In this document: piece by piece, positions 1 to 11,591 of the stretch
Numbering within the stretch: the first letter of the stretch is position 1
Layout: the number at the start of each line of letters is the position of its first letter
Assembly (NCBI GenBank): GCA_010093995.1
Contig: ML992519.1
Location: 45,240 to 99,839 of the forward strand
Origin: Elsinoe ampelina
Taxonomy: Eukaryota
Direction: 5' to 3'
DNA length: 54,600 nucleotides
Translations under genes and position numbers: made by a program
Notes under the pieces: model-generated
The model's input: only the letters and a program-made list of their open reading frames with translations
Told to the model about the DNA's origin: nothing
Databases searched by the model: none

Positions 1-3000
1 AGCTTCTAATAATCTAATTACCCTTGTTAGGCATCTTACTAAGAAGGTTAATAGACTAGAAGCAGTATCTAAGTTAAAGAAAGGCAAAGCCTTTATAGCT
101 ACTAAAGGCTAGTCCGAACCTTCCTCTCTAATCTTAACTCTACTACCTAAAGTTCTATTAGGTAAAGAGGAACTTAAGACTATAGGCTCTATATTAGAGG
201 TATAAGGTAAGCTTCTACATTATTAGTAGATACTTAACTCTAGAGCATCTAACTATATAATAGACAAGCTAACTCTCTTTAGAGGCTTATTAAGTAAGAT
301 ACGTACTCGATAGATCTAGGTTAGGGGGAGTTACCTTTAGTTATAGTTAATAGGAACTATAGCTATTAGGACTAAGAAGGGAGATAAGATAAAGGTATAG
401 GCTCTTTATATACCTAATCTTAGTGTTAATTTAGTCTCCTATTGTAAGCTATATACAGATTTAGAAGTTTCTAGAGTTCTTAATTTAAATTCTTTTCTTG
501 TTCTTAATTCATAAAAGTAGCTACTACTTAAAGTTAGAATTTGAAGGGGGGTATACATTATCTAATCCCTCTTTAAGTAGTTAGCTAATCAAAAGCTGTA
601 TTCTAGACCTAAGCCCGGCTTAATTCTAGATCTAGCTAATTAGGACATAGCATTCCTTACTACTTAGCTAGTAATTATATTACATACTAAGTATGCATAT
701 CTAACCTAGGATAAGTAACATAAGGATCTTATTAATTTAAGACCTAACAACTCTAACATAGAGTACTAACTCTAGTATAGGAGATTTACTTACCTTAGAG
801 TTAAGAAGCTTAGGGATCTTTATAAAGTTATAACTCTTAAGAAGCCTATTAATTTAAACTATAATTTGTTAATCCTATGTAAGGTCTATTCCTTAACAAA
901 GATAAGGAATAGAAGAGGCAAAACTTTATAGAGAAGACTAGAGGTTCTTTAGCTTATTTATGCTAACATCTATAGCCTAATTAAAGTAAGTAGGGAAGGA
1001 TTTAGATACTTCCTAGAGCTTATAGATAGCTATTTAAGGATAACATAGATTATACCACTTAAGACAAGAGATAAAGCCCTATAGAGGCTTATTAAGTAGA
1101 AGCTAAGAGTTAAGAAGGAAAGTGATACTAAAGTTAAAGTCACTAGATTAGATAATACTAGTAAGCTTAATAAGATTCTAAAGCAGTAGAAGCGCTAAGA
1201 AGGTATCTATTATATAACTACTAAGCTATATAATTTAATCTAGAATAGACTAGTAGAGAAAGGCATCTAAACCTTAGAGAATAGTATAAGAGTAATACTT
1301 AAGGACTTAAAGATGCTAAATAAGTTCTAGCCTAAAGTAGTTTAGGTAGATATATATCTAAGAAACAGGACAGTAACTAGACCTATAATTAATAATAAGC
1401 AAGTTACACTAATTAAGGCCTATATAGGCATTAAGCTATTAGTTAATTACATTAGAGTCTAGGGCTATAAGGTATATACCTATATAAACCTAAAGTCTCT
1501 TCCTATATATAGAAGAAAAGATAAGCTTATAGACAAAGGGAGAGTAGAAGTATTCCTTAGCTATATAGATAGAACTAATAGGATATACAAGATATAGGCA
1601 CCTAATAGGAAGGCAGTAATTATATTACTAAATGTTAAGTTCTCTAAATTTAAGAAAGGTAGGAATATTAATCTTAGTATTAAGATTAGCACTACGAGCA
1701 ATTAAGCACTAGTTAGGAGACTAATTAGTAGACTAACCTAGATCCGAGCCCGGCTTAATCCTAAGGTGGACTAATTAGATTAGCCTATTTAGTAAGAAGC
1801 GCCTATAGGGAGAATCTTCTTACACATCGAGATCCTAAGGGTTAACCCTATTAACCTTGTAGAATTCTAACGTAGAGAAGAGCTAATAGTTTAATCTATA
1901 TTACCTAATTATGCAGGTTAATTACTTAAGAGATTAAGAGATAAAGAATCTAATAATAAAGAGCCTAAGGTAAAGCATTATAGAGCATTTATTACTAAGT
2001 GTATTAATTAGTAAGATAAGGTTAATAAGATTACTATAATAGCCTCTATTAAGTAATATGTCCTAATTCTAAGAGACTACTATAAGGCTGTTACTAATCT
2101 AGTTTAGGGAAGCAAGTAGCAGGAAGTAATTAATATAGAGCTTAATACTCTAGAATTAAACAATATATAGGAAGAGGTTGTCCCTCTAAAAGGATTAAAC
2201 TTAGTAACATCTAAGTAGGTCTTTAATGTTAAATACAATATAGATAGCTCTATTAAGAAGTTTAAGGCTAGACTTATTACTAGAGGCTTCTTATAGAAGT
2301 ATAGCATTAACTATAAAGACATATTTATACTAATAGTTAGAGTAGATACACTAAGACTATTCTTTGCTATTGTGTATATACTTAACCTTAAATGTTATTA
2401 GGTAGATATTAATAATGCCTTTATAGAATTATTCCTTAGGGAAGTAATTTATATAAGGCTACTACCTAGACTTAAGGTCTAACCTAGTATTGCCTTCTAT
2501 ATTCTTAGGAGCTTATATAGACTTAAGTAAGCTACTAGAGATTAGAATTAGCACTATATCTCTAAGCTTTTAAAGCTAGGCTTTACTTAGAGCAAAGTAG
2601 ACCCCTATCTTCTTATATACTATAATAAGAAGATTATTCTCTTAGTTTATGTTAATAACATACTATTTATAGCACAAAGCAAAGAGAACATCTAGTAGTT
2701 TAAGCAAGAGCTTAGTAGAACCTTTAAGATTAAGGATCTTAGTAAGGTTAGTAAAGTTCTTAGAGTTAAGGTTATAAGGGACAGACAACAAGGAACCTTA
2801 AGGCTTAACTAGACCTACTATATAGATAATGTGCTATAGAGGCTTAATATAACCTCTAATAAGGCTACTCTAATAAAGCAGCTAATAGACAATAAGCTCC
2901 CTTAGAGAGCTTAGACTAAAGATATAAGGTTTAGTAGAATTAAGTACTTATATACTATTAGAAGCTAGATGTACCTTAGTACCCTAACAAGACTAGACAC

Positions 3001-3900
3001 TGCCTTTGCCTTAGGAAGGCTTAGTTAGTTCATAGCAGATCTAATAGACAGCTATACTATTAAGATAAAGAAGATGTTAAGATATATTAGATTAACTAAA
3101 GATCTTAGTATAGTATTTAGGAGGAATAGTAATAAGACTCTTAAGGGATATTCTAATTTAGACTATGCCTTAGACAAGACAGATAGAGTCTCTATTCTTA
3201 GATACGTCTTTATACTTATAGGTAGTCCTATTAGCTAGATAAGTAAGAAGTAGAAGTCTATTTTAACCTCTACTATAGAGGCTAAATATATAGTAATATA
3301 CTCTTATATAAAGAGATTACAGTTCCTATCTTAGTTACTAAGAGACATAGACTGTTATAAGATAGTTAGTTAATTACCTTAGAAGCTAACTATAAAGGAG
3401 TCTTAGAAAGCAATAATAAGATTACCCTTTACTACTAAGATTAATAGTAATAACTAGGTAGCTCTTTTACTTATAAAGGAGCTATATACTTATAAAAGGG
3501 CAAAACACATTAATGTTGCTTACTACTACGTTAGGAGGCTATAGAGGGACTAGAGGATACAGGTTAAGTTTATAAGGACAGCAGATATAGTAGCTAATAG
3601 GTTAACTAAGCTATTATAAGGTTAGAACTTTACGAGGTTTATAAAGTAACTTAGCTTATTATTAACCTAATAGCTTATCTATAGGAGCTAAGTAGGAGTA
3701 CTAAGAATATAGCTCTCTCTAGATAATTAGGCCTAAAGGTTATATAACTATAGGTTATATAATACTAAGTCTTAGAGATTTATAGCTATTCTTTTCTTCG
3801 GTAGATAGACTTCTTAATTAATTAACTTGTCTATCACCTAACTAGTATGCGGATTAGTTCTATATAATACTCTACTCCTAAACGTGCCTTCCGCTTAACA
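1..3900 (+). mobile_element. RIP-inactivated Ty1/copia LTR retrotransposon (pol region and 3' LTR; 5' part outside the window)
   Basis: Very AT- and TpA-rich with many TAA/TAG stops. Reversing C>T/G>A changes recovers copia-order motifs: protease WILDSGASNHM (~227-259), HHCC finger LWHRRFAHL...CKVC (~770-890), integrase core (~960-1290), RT KFKARLVARGFSQKYG (~2256) and LVYVDDI (~2642-2662), RNase H GYSDSDYA (~3146) and ADGLTK (~3594-3610). Confidence 0.9.
3699..3900 (+). repeat. Putative 3' LTR (~202 bp) of the plus-strand copia element
   Basis: Follows a purine-rich tract (AAGTAGGAG) after the pol end. Starts TA (RIPed TG) and ends ...TTAACA. The partner LTR is not in the window. Confidence 0.55.
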
Positions 3901-4763
3901 CTAATAGTACTTACTCTTTGTTCTATAGTAATAGTGTATTAATAATAGTACTTTATAAAATCTTTATAGTACCTTTAGGTATTATAACTTGTTATAATTA
4001 CCTTATTAAGGTTATAGATAGCTATATATAGCTTATATAAAATAATAGGTTTAAATGTAGCTTTAATAGTATCTAGAAGTTCCTTTAAAGTCTTCTAAGT
4101 TATACTATAGTAAGGTCTAATAGATTTATAAATTCTTATTATAATAATACTATAAGTAATTCTATTATTCTTATACTAGGTCTTGTTTCTAACCTTATAG
4201 ACTACCTTAGTGCCTTTACTAGTATCTAGGGCTAGCTCTTTAGGCTTTATAACTACTAGTATCTAGTTAATGTTATAAATTATATATCTAAGTATATTCT
4301 TTTTAAGGAGAGCTACCTTAAGGGTTAATCTCTAAGCATTATAGTTGCTCTCTCTCTTAAGAATCTAAGTCTCGAGCATTTTTGCTAATCTAGACATAAT
4401 AATAGTAATTAGCTAAAGGCCTATTAATTTAATTAATGTAATTAGCTTATTTAAGCTATTTAAGCTGTTTAATTAAAGGGTTAATACGGGCTACTATAAG
4501 TGTTTATCTTAATGTAGCTAGTCTAGAATTTAGTATAGGCGGCTTAGTAATCCTTTTAATAATGACACGCTTAATTTGCTATAGCTTTAAGTGCTTTTGT
4601 AGAAGCGCCGGGCTTATAACCTATTATAACTAGCAAATCGGATCGAGAGACGTGTATTTCATTTAGAGAGTTACAATAACCGATTTATCTACTATGCGTG
4701 CGCTGACTCATCAGTACCAGTTCTTCAGTACCAGAGAAGCTGTACCAGCCTTCCATTACAACA
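3901..4763 (-). mobile_element. 5' end (5' LTR, PBS, probable gag remnant) of a second, minus-strand RIPed copia element, interrupted by the plus-strand element
   Basis: On the minus strand the LTR at 4622-4763 is followed directly by GGTTATAAGCCC (4621-4610). This is the RIPed form of GGTTATGAGCCC, the half-tRNA-iMet primer binding site of copia/Ty5-type elements. RIPed sequence continues to 3901. Confidence 0.75.
4622..4763 (-). repeat. 142-bp LTR, left copy (5' LTR of the minus-strand element)
   Basis: Termini TATTA (RIPed TGTTG)...CAACA. Colinear with 49669-49810 over the full 142 bp and differs only by transitions. Confidence 0.9.
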
Positions 4764-5186
4764 GGGCCGGATTCAGATCAACTTCAACTTGGCGTCCGGG
4801 ACACCGGAGTCTTTCCTGTTAAAAACGTGGAGAACAAAGGAGATTGACAGAGGGCTCTCTACGGCACAGTCGCACGAGTCCACGTTTCCCCACCTCATGG
4901 TCCACAACTTCAGAACCTCTGCTGGATGAGTAATGTGGTCTGCCATTTTTAGCCTCCGGTGAAGCGAGAGACAAGCTCGAACCGCCCTTCAAGGGCTCTG
5001 GCATGCCCAGAAAACTCCGCTCAGTCTGCACTCTGCTTCCCGACGACCTGTCTGAGAAAGAATGGCCAGGGCGGAGTGGCGCCTCCCAAATGCGGCAAGG
5101 GTTGCGTAGAGTGACTTTTGCGTATGAAGAGGAACCTGCACGTTCCCCTCGCATGCAGGTACCCTTGCACCTCACAACTCGCCGTC

Positions 5187-6182
5187 ATGTTTGATGCAGA
5201 GCGGGCAACGGCGGCATCGTACGCCTGCAGTGCTGTAGCCGCAGCCATTCTGCTCCTCAGACTTATCGCCGCTCGACAACAACCGAATCCTTTTGACGCG
5301 AGCTTTTTCATCACCGTCTTCTCGCTTGTTATAGTCATTGTCCGCCTCGTGGTTAGCAAGTATGCGCTGCAATATGGCACGGTCAACGACTATACGGGCA
5401 AGGTACTGACCGACGAGATACTGGAACGAATTCGATTAGGGACGATTCTTACCCTCACACTTCGAATCCTCTTGACGACTATTCTATGGGCAATGTGCCT
5501 ACTGTTACTACTGCTGTATCGACGATTCATGTCACACATCTACTGGATGAAGCCGGCTATTCTTGCGACGGCTGCTCTGATATGCGTCACGTATCTGGCT
5601 GTTGTCTTTGCTACATTCCTGGAGTGTCGACCGTTGCACAAGTTCTGGCAAGTATCGCCGCCGCCGGGACAGTGCGTCAAAGCCTTGGTACAAGTCAGTC
5701 TACAATGTGTTGGCAACATCATCATCGACTTTGCGTTGATCGGCATCTCGGTTCCGGTGCTATTCATTCAAGGATCTAGCAGCGCGCAGAGGGTTAAGTT
5801 GGCAGTTCTATTCTCGCTGGGTATCTTCTGCGTTGTTGTCAACTGCTTGCGTCTATTCTACACCTTCCAGCAAAAGTCGGCGCAGCCTGCGAGAACTTTC
5901 TGGGCGTCAATCGCTATCGTCGTCTCGGCTTTTGTCGCCAATGCGCCGGTCATCTATGATTCATTTCGTCTCAAGAAAGCGAAGAAGACGAGCAGCTCAA
6001 AGACACAATCCAGAAGAGGCATAACGACAGTAGAGGTGGACAACATGGAGATGAACTTGGTGGATCGGGAGGATCTTGAGTACAAAGATGGCATCACGAA
6101 ACATACAGTGTTTAGCGTGGATCGTCAAGAAGCAGAGGACACCGACCATCATAAAACGACACGCTTCATACGAGACATTTGA
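5187..6182 (+). CDS. PTH11-like / fungal rhodopsin-domain integral membrane protein (7TM, no CFEM domain)
   Basis: Intronless ORF from the ATG at 5187 with ~7 hydrophobic segments and family motifs FLECRPLHKFWQV, NIIIDFALIGISVP and LAVLFSLGIFCVVVNCLR. Confidence 0.8.
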   Translation: MFDAERATAASYACSAVAAAILLLRLIAARQQPNPFDASFFITVFSLVIVIVRLVVSKYALQYGTVNDYTGKVLTDEILERIRLGTILTLTLRILLTTILWAMCLLLLLLYRRFMSHIYWMKPAILATAALICVTYLAVVFATFLECRPLHKFWQVSPPPGQCVKALVQVSLQCVGNIIIDFALIGISVPVLFIQGSSSAQRVKLAVLFSLGIFCVVVNCLRLFYTFQQKSAQPARTFWASIAIVVSAFVANAPVIYDSFRLKKAKKTSSSKTQSRRGITTVEVDNMEMNLVDREDLEYKDGITKHTVFSVDRQEAEDTDHHKTTRFIRDI

Positions 6183-7002
6183 ATTTTGAGCAGATACCCA
6201 ACATAGTAATGTATCCATACTGCAGCATATGATGCTGTCATTGCCCTCGGCTCGCTCATATCTCGGAGAAGAGCTCCCTAGCATCCCCGGAGCTTTTGAC
6301 ATGGTCATGATTGGGATTGATTGACGATCGAACCTTCCTCGACAAAGCTCGAGAGATGACCCAAAGCTTTGACAGGGCGGAGTTTTGACCGCATCAAGAT
6401 TGATGAAACGACAGTGCATGAAACGGCAAAGGCACCGTGCTGTACCTGCAACTGCACAATGATGGTTGCCCACGCGTAGACGTTGGCCTTGACAGTCACT
6501 GAGCGCGCTGTAAGACATTGATAATGAAGAGGAGAGATGTTGACATTACCTTACTAGTTACTCAGATGCCAACAACCATGAAGACGTCTTTTAAATCATC
6601 AACAAGAGTCAGCAAATCCATCCCTGCCGCCCTTGGTCGATCTTGCGATGATTCTCCTCGGATCAAACAGCCGGAAACAGATCTTGCCCATTCCTGGCTA
6701 GTACGGACAAAGGATGCGCCAGACGGGGCATTTTGACCTTTCCTGCTGTTGCCCTGTCGGATAGGAAGCAGCTTACGTATCTCTCCCTTTGGAAAAAACG
6801 TTTGGCATGCTGGTCTTCTGCGTTCTGGATGGCACCGTTGCAAAAGCGTAAAAGCCGTCAAGATGTCGGTCGTTGTCGTCGTCCCCGTTCACGTACCTGT
6901 TCCTTCGTGGGCGCCCCAAGCGTCACATTACCACCATGAGTACCTTTCTTTCAACCTCTTTGCACTCCACTTGCGGCTGCATTCCTACTCGTCGATACCG
7001 CC

Positions 7003-10000
7003 ATGAAGGGTGTGCGACCCTCGTTCACCATTGACACAGGCACCCCGAACAAAGCTGCCCTTGGCTCATTCTTCCCGGCGATTGACATACCAAAGGACAC
7101 CCCAATGGGTGACTCCCTACACCAAGTTGGACTCGTAGAGTTCTTCGAGAGCGAGTCCAATCCTATACTGGTTTTCGATGTCGCGGAACACTCTCTGGTC
7201 TACGAGAACCATGCGTTCCAAGAGTGGAAGAGAGGCAGCCCGAGAGAATGCATGGCCTTTGCACAGTCGTCCTTCCTGACCTGGGTCATGGAATGGAGCA
7301 AGAGCACATCAAGTGGAGATTTTGCTATAGCAGGCAGGACATGGCGGACAAGTATGCTGCGGAAGAGATGGATGGTCCTCACAAGTCATGAACGACAATC
7401 CACATCCACCGTTCATGGACAGGCAGTGCCACCAACTCCTCCGGCAAACATTACACCTGCATCGTCATTTGGACCGAATGATTCACCCTCGGTCACACAA
7501 CGGACAAGTGGACGCTATTCCCCACCACTTTCCTTCTCTTCTTCCTCATCGACTGCGGAGACCATGCTTCCAGGCCAGAAACCTCTCGACTGGACGAAAT
7601 ATCATGTCACAGGCTTGACATCACACCAGCTCACAATCAAGAACTTTGCTTGGCAATCCACATCGGTAGGGGCAATCGAGACGTGGCCGGACACTCTACG
7701 CTCAGTCGTTGTCGGTCTCAATGCCAACCCAGAACCACGTATCCTCTTATGGGGCTCTGATCATGTCTTGATCCCCAACGAGGCATGCGCACCCGTCCTC
7801 GGAGCCAAATTTCCCCAGTCGATCGGTGGTCGTGGAGAAGATATCTGGAGCGAAGCATGGCCGGCTCTATCTGATTTCGTTGCAAGGACCGAGTCAGAGG
7901 CCAAGGCAACGCGGATACCCGGAATGCCACTTCCAATGTTCAGAAATGGATATAACGAGGAGACATTCTGGGTCATCAATTTCGTGCCCATCATAGGATC
8001 CAAGGGTCGTGTCGCCGGTGTGCTTGACGAGTTTACCGAGATTACTCACACTGTGGTCTCAGACCGTCGGAGAGATACAATCGTCAAGACTAGCGAAACG
8101 CTCACACAAGTCACTACCCTGGAGGAGCTATGGACCGGATTCCTGGAAGGCCTCGAGAGGGCCACGGAAGACATACCGTATGCAGCCATCTACACACCAA
8201 CTGGCTCTTCTCACCATAATCCAAGAGGTGAGAACACACCGTCTGAACCACCACATCACTTTTCACTGCGTGGATGTGTGGGCCTGGACCCGGCTGCATC
8301 GCCACTCCCACAAGTGTTTGACCTCAATTCCGCATCTGTAACACCCAAAGATCTACTGGAAGCTTGCAAAAGAGTATGGAAAACAGGGGAGATGGTCATC
8401 CTGAGGAGCGAAGACGATTCGCTTCCGGCAGAATTGGCTTTGAGCATCCCAGGCAGAGCCGCTGGTGTCACCGTCAATACTGCTGTCCTCCTTCCCGTGC
8501 CTGATCTCATCGGAATTAACCCCTTGGCTTTTATTCTGCTTGCTCTCACGCCTCGACGGCCTGTCGATGAGAGCGCCACCTCATTCGTTCGGTCCATCTC
8601 TGATGTTCTGACACGGGCGGCTTCCACCATCTTCCTACCGGATGAGCAGCGCCGAGCACGGCAAAGGTTCGAGGAGATCGAGACCGGTCTTTCGCAACAA
8701 CTGAAATCGGCAACTTTCGAGGCTGAAAAGACCGAAGCCCGATATGAGAAAATTCTCAAATCTGCTCAAGTCGGCATGTACATTATCCGAGCAGATGAGC
8801 AGCTGCTATACTACAATGATGCTTACCTGGCTTGTACTGGAGCGACGAAAGAGCAAGCGGATTCTTCCGACGTGCCGGCGAATCTAATTCATGAGGCAGA
8901 CCAAGAGCGAGTGTATCAGAGCTGGTTCCATTGTCTAAACGAGAAGACAAGCATCACTTTGGAATACAGGATGAAGAAGCCATGGGTGAGCGTGGACACT
9001 GCCACAGGTCGCGAGATCCACGGTGATACCTGGTAAGTATACCTTTGGCGTATCAATTTGATCACCACTGACAAGTCCGAGGATTCTCACTTCGGCTTCA
9101 CCAGAAGTAGACGAGAATGGCGCTGTCGTACATGTCATGGGATGGATGCTTGACATCAGCGACAGAAAGTACCACGAGAAGCAGCACATCAAACGATTGG
9201 AGGAAGAGCAAGCCGAGATCAGATTCGCCAGACTCGCAGAGACCGCGCCTATGGGGATGTATTTATTGAAGAAAGACGGAACCCCGATTTATCTCAACGA
9301 TGCTTACTACGACACACTCGGTTTCACGAAAGAGCAATTCGACGATGCCATGCGCAGGGGGGTCGGATGGGCTGAGCAGATCTTTCCAGAGGATCAGCAT
9401 ATTGTCTCGGATGCATGGAAAAAACTATCCGAGGAGGGTGTGCCAATCGAGATCACCTACCGGGTAAAGAAACCATGGAGGCAATACGACAGTGCGACCA
9501 AGACCGAGATGGTCGGCCCGACATGGTTACAGGGGACGGCGTTTGCAGAGAAAGACGAAGCCGGTAATGTGGTTGCAGTTCAGGGTTTTGTGACAGACAT
9601 CTCGCTCAAGAAGTTCAGCGAGAGACTTCTGACCGAGCGACTCGAGGAGGCCCTGGAGACGAAGCGATCAGCCGACAGATTTATCGACATGGTATCTCAT
9701 GAGATGAGAAACCCGCTCTCTGCGATTCTGCAGTCGGCTGACGGTATACTGACAGCATTGAATGCGGACCCTCAGTCAAGGTCACACTCTCTTGGATACT
9801 CGATGACCATGTCTACGGATGTGATTGAGACAGTCACGGATGCGTCGCAGACGATTATGCTCTGCGCACAGCACCAGAAGCGAATCGTGGATGACATCCT
9901 CACACTCAGCAAACTGGACTCGAATCTCTTGGTCATTTCTCCTGACAAGATCAATGTGCCTGCCCTCATCGACAAGTGCTTCAAGATGTACGAGGGAGAA

Positions 10001-11179
10001 TTGGAGAGAGCTGAGATTGATGCTAGTCTGGAGATCGAGACTGGCTACAACAACTTGGGGGTGCAATGCGTCATGATCGATTCGAGCCGAGTGTTACAGG
10101 TCATTATCAATCTGCTGACCAATGCCATCAAATTCACTCAGCACTCACAAGACCGGAAGATCAAAATCTATCTGGACGCCTCAACAACCCGACCAGACAA
10201 GAGTAATCACAAGGCACCTTGGGTGGAGGCACGAGCGAATCGACCTAACCACACTTCTTCGGCGGAATGGGGCAAGGGTGAAGAGCTCTACTTGCAATTC
10301 GCTGTCCAAGATACCGGCAAAGGACTGAGCGAGCATGAACTCAAGCTCATGTTCAACCGTTTCTCGCAGGCTTCTCCAAAGACGTACAAGCAGTACGGCG
10401 GCAGTGGACTGGGCCTCTTCATCTCTCGCGAGCTCACCGAGCTCCAAGGCGGACAGATTGGTGTACACAGCGAGGCAGGCGTCGGCAGTATCTTCTCCTT
10501 TTACGTCAAAGCCCGCCGTGCCTTTGACGACGGTGCCCCAAGTACCACCGGATTACTCAGCCGCACGCTCTCCAATGCCTCCACGCCACGCAACTCACAA
10601 GGTCGCGATCGAACCTCTCCACTGATGTCGCCGGCCCAGTCGATTTCGCGTCGCTCTTCCATGTCTCTCCGTCGCAGCGCGGCTCCTTCGCCCATCGCCA
10701 CAAACTCTAACTCCAGATCTTCCCTTCATGTCCTTGTAGTCGAGGACAACGAGATCAACCAGCGCGTCATGGCCAATCAGCTCCGCCGACTAGGCTGCAC
10801 GGTATACCTCGCCGGCAACGGCGTCGAGGCACTCAACTTCCTTGAGACAACCAACATCTGGCACAGCAATGTGTACAGTACCGAGCCCGTGGCGTCATCA
10901 TCTCCACCCGTCAATCTGAGCTGCATCCTCATGGACTTGGAGATGCCTATCCTCGGCGGACTGGGATGCGTGAAGAAGATCCGGGAGCTGCAGAGCATGG
11001 GCAAGTTGACCAGGCATATTCCTACAATAGCGGTGACGGCAAATGCGAGGAGCGAGCAGATCAACGTCGCGTTGCAGAGCGGGATGGATAGTGTGGTGAC
11101 GAAGCCGTTTGTGATCAAGGATTTGTTGCCCTTGATGGGGGATCTGGTGAGGAAGTTGGATCCGGACAGAAGGAGATGA
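7003..11179 (+). CDS. Hybrid sensor histidine kinase (PAS repeats-HisKA-HATPase-REC), fungal group XI-like; one intron ~9033-9081
   Basis: H-box DMVSHEMRNPLSAIL, N-box QVIINLLTNAIKFT, G1 VQDTGKG, G2 YGGSGLGL, receiver VLVVEDNEIN...ILMDLEMP...TKPF, and repeated PAS/PAC segments. The two ORFs join in frame across a GTAAGT intron. Confidence 0.92.
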
Positions 11180-11591
11180 GGATGAATGCAATGTGAGGCG
11201 GATGATTAGTGTAGGGTGATGCACAGCGCTGGCGTTTTGTGACTCTTTTGGGGTCCGGATGGGATATATGGGAGATACCACGGGAGCTATTGGCTTGTCT
11301 AGACCTGGTTTTGAACATGAATTGTAATGTTTCGTCACCTTCGTTGGTCAGGTGTCATCTTTGAATATGCCGGACCACCTTGAAGATTTGAGCTCGTGTC
11401 GTGACCGCATAGCATTCGTCACAATCCGGATCTCCTTAAGCAGATCTGGCACGATATCGAGGAAGCAGTCCCCTGTCCCACACCCGCGGTCACCCAATCT
11501 GCAATACTACAAAGCAGGTCCAGAACAACTCATAGGGAACAAGCGCTGGTGATGGAAGGACAAAGATATCAAATGAACCAAGTACATCATT

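Noticed and set aside
2104..2307. 67-aa minus-strand ORF in the AT-rich block
   Set aside because: Chance ORF antisense to the RIPed reverse transcriptase.
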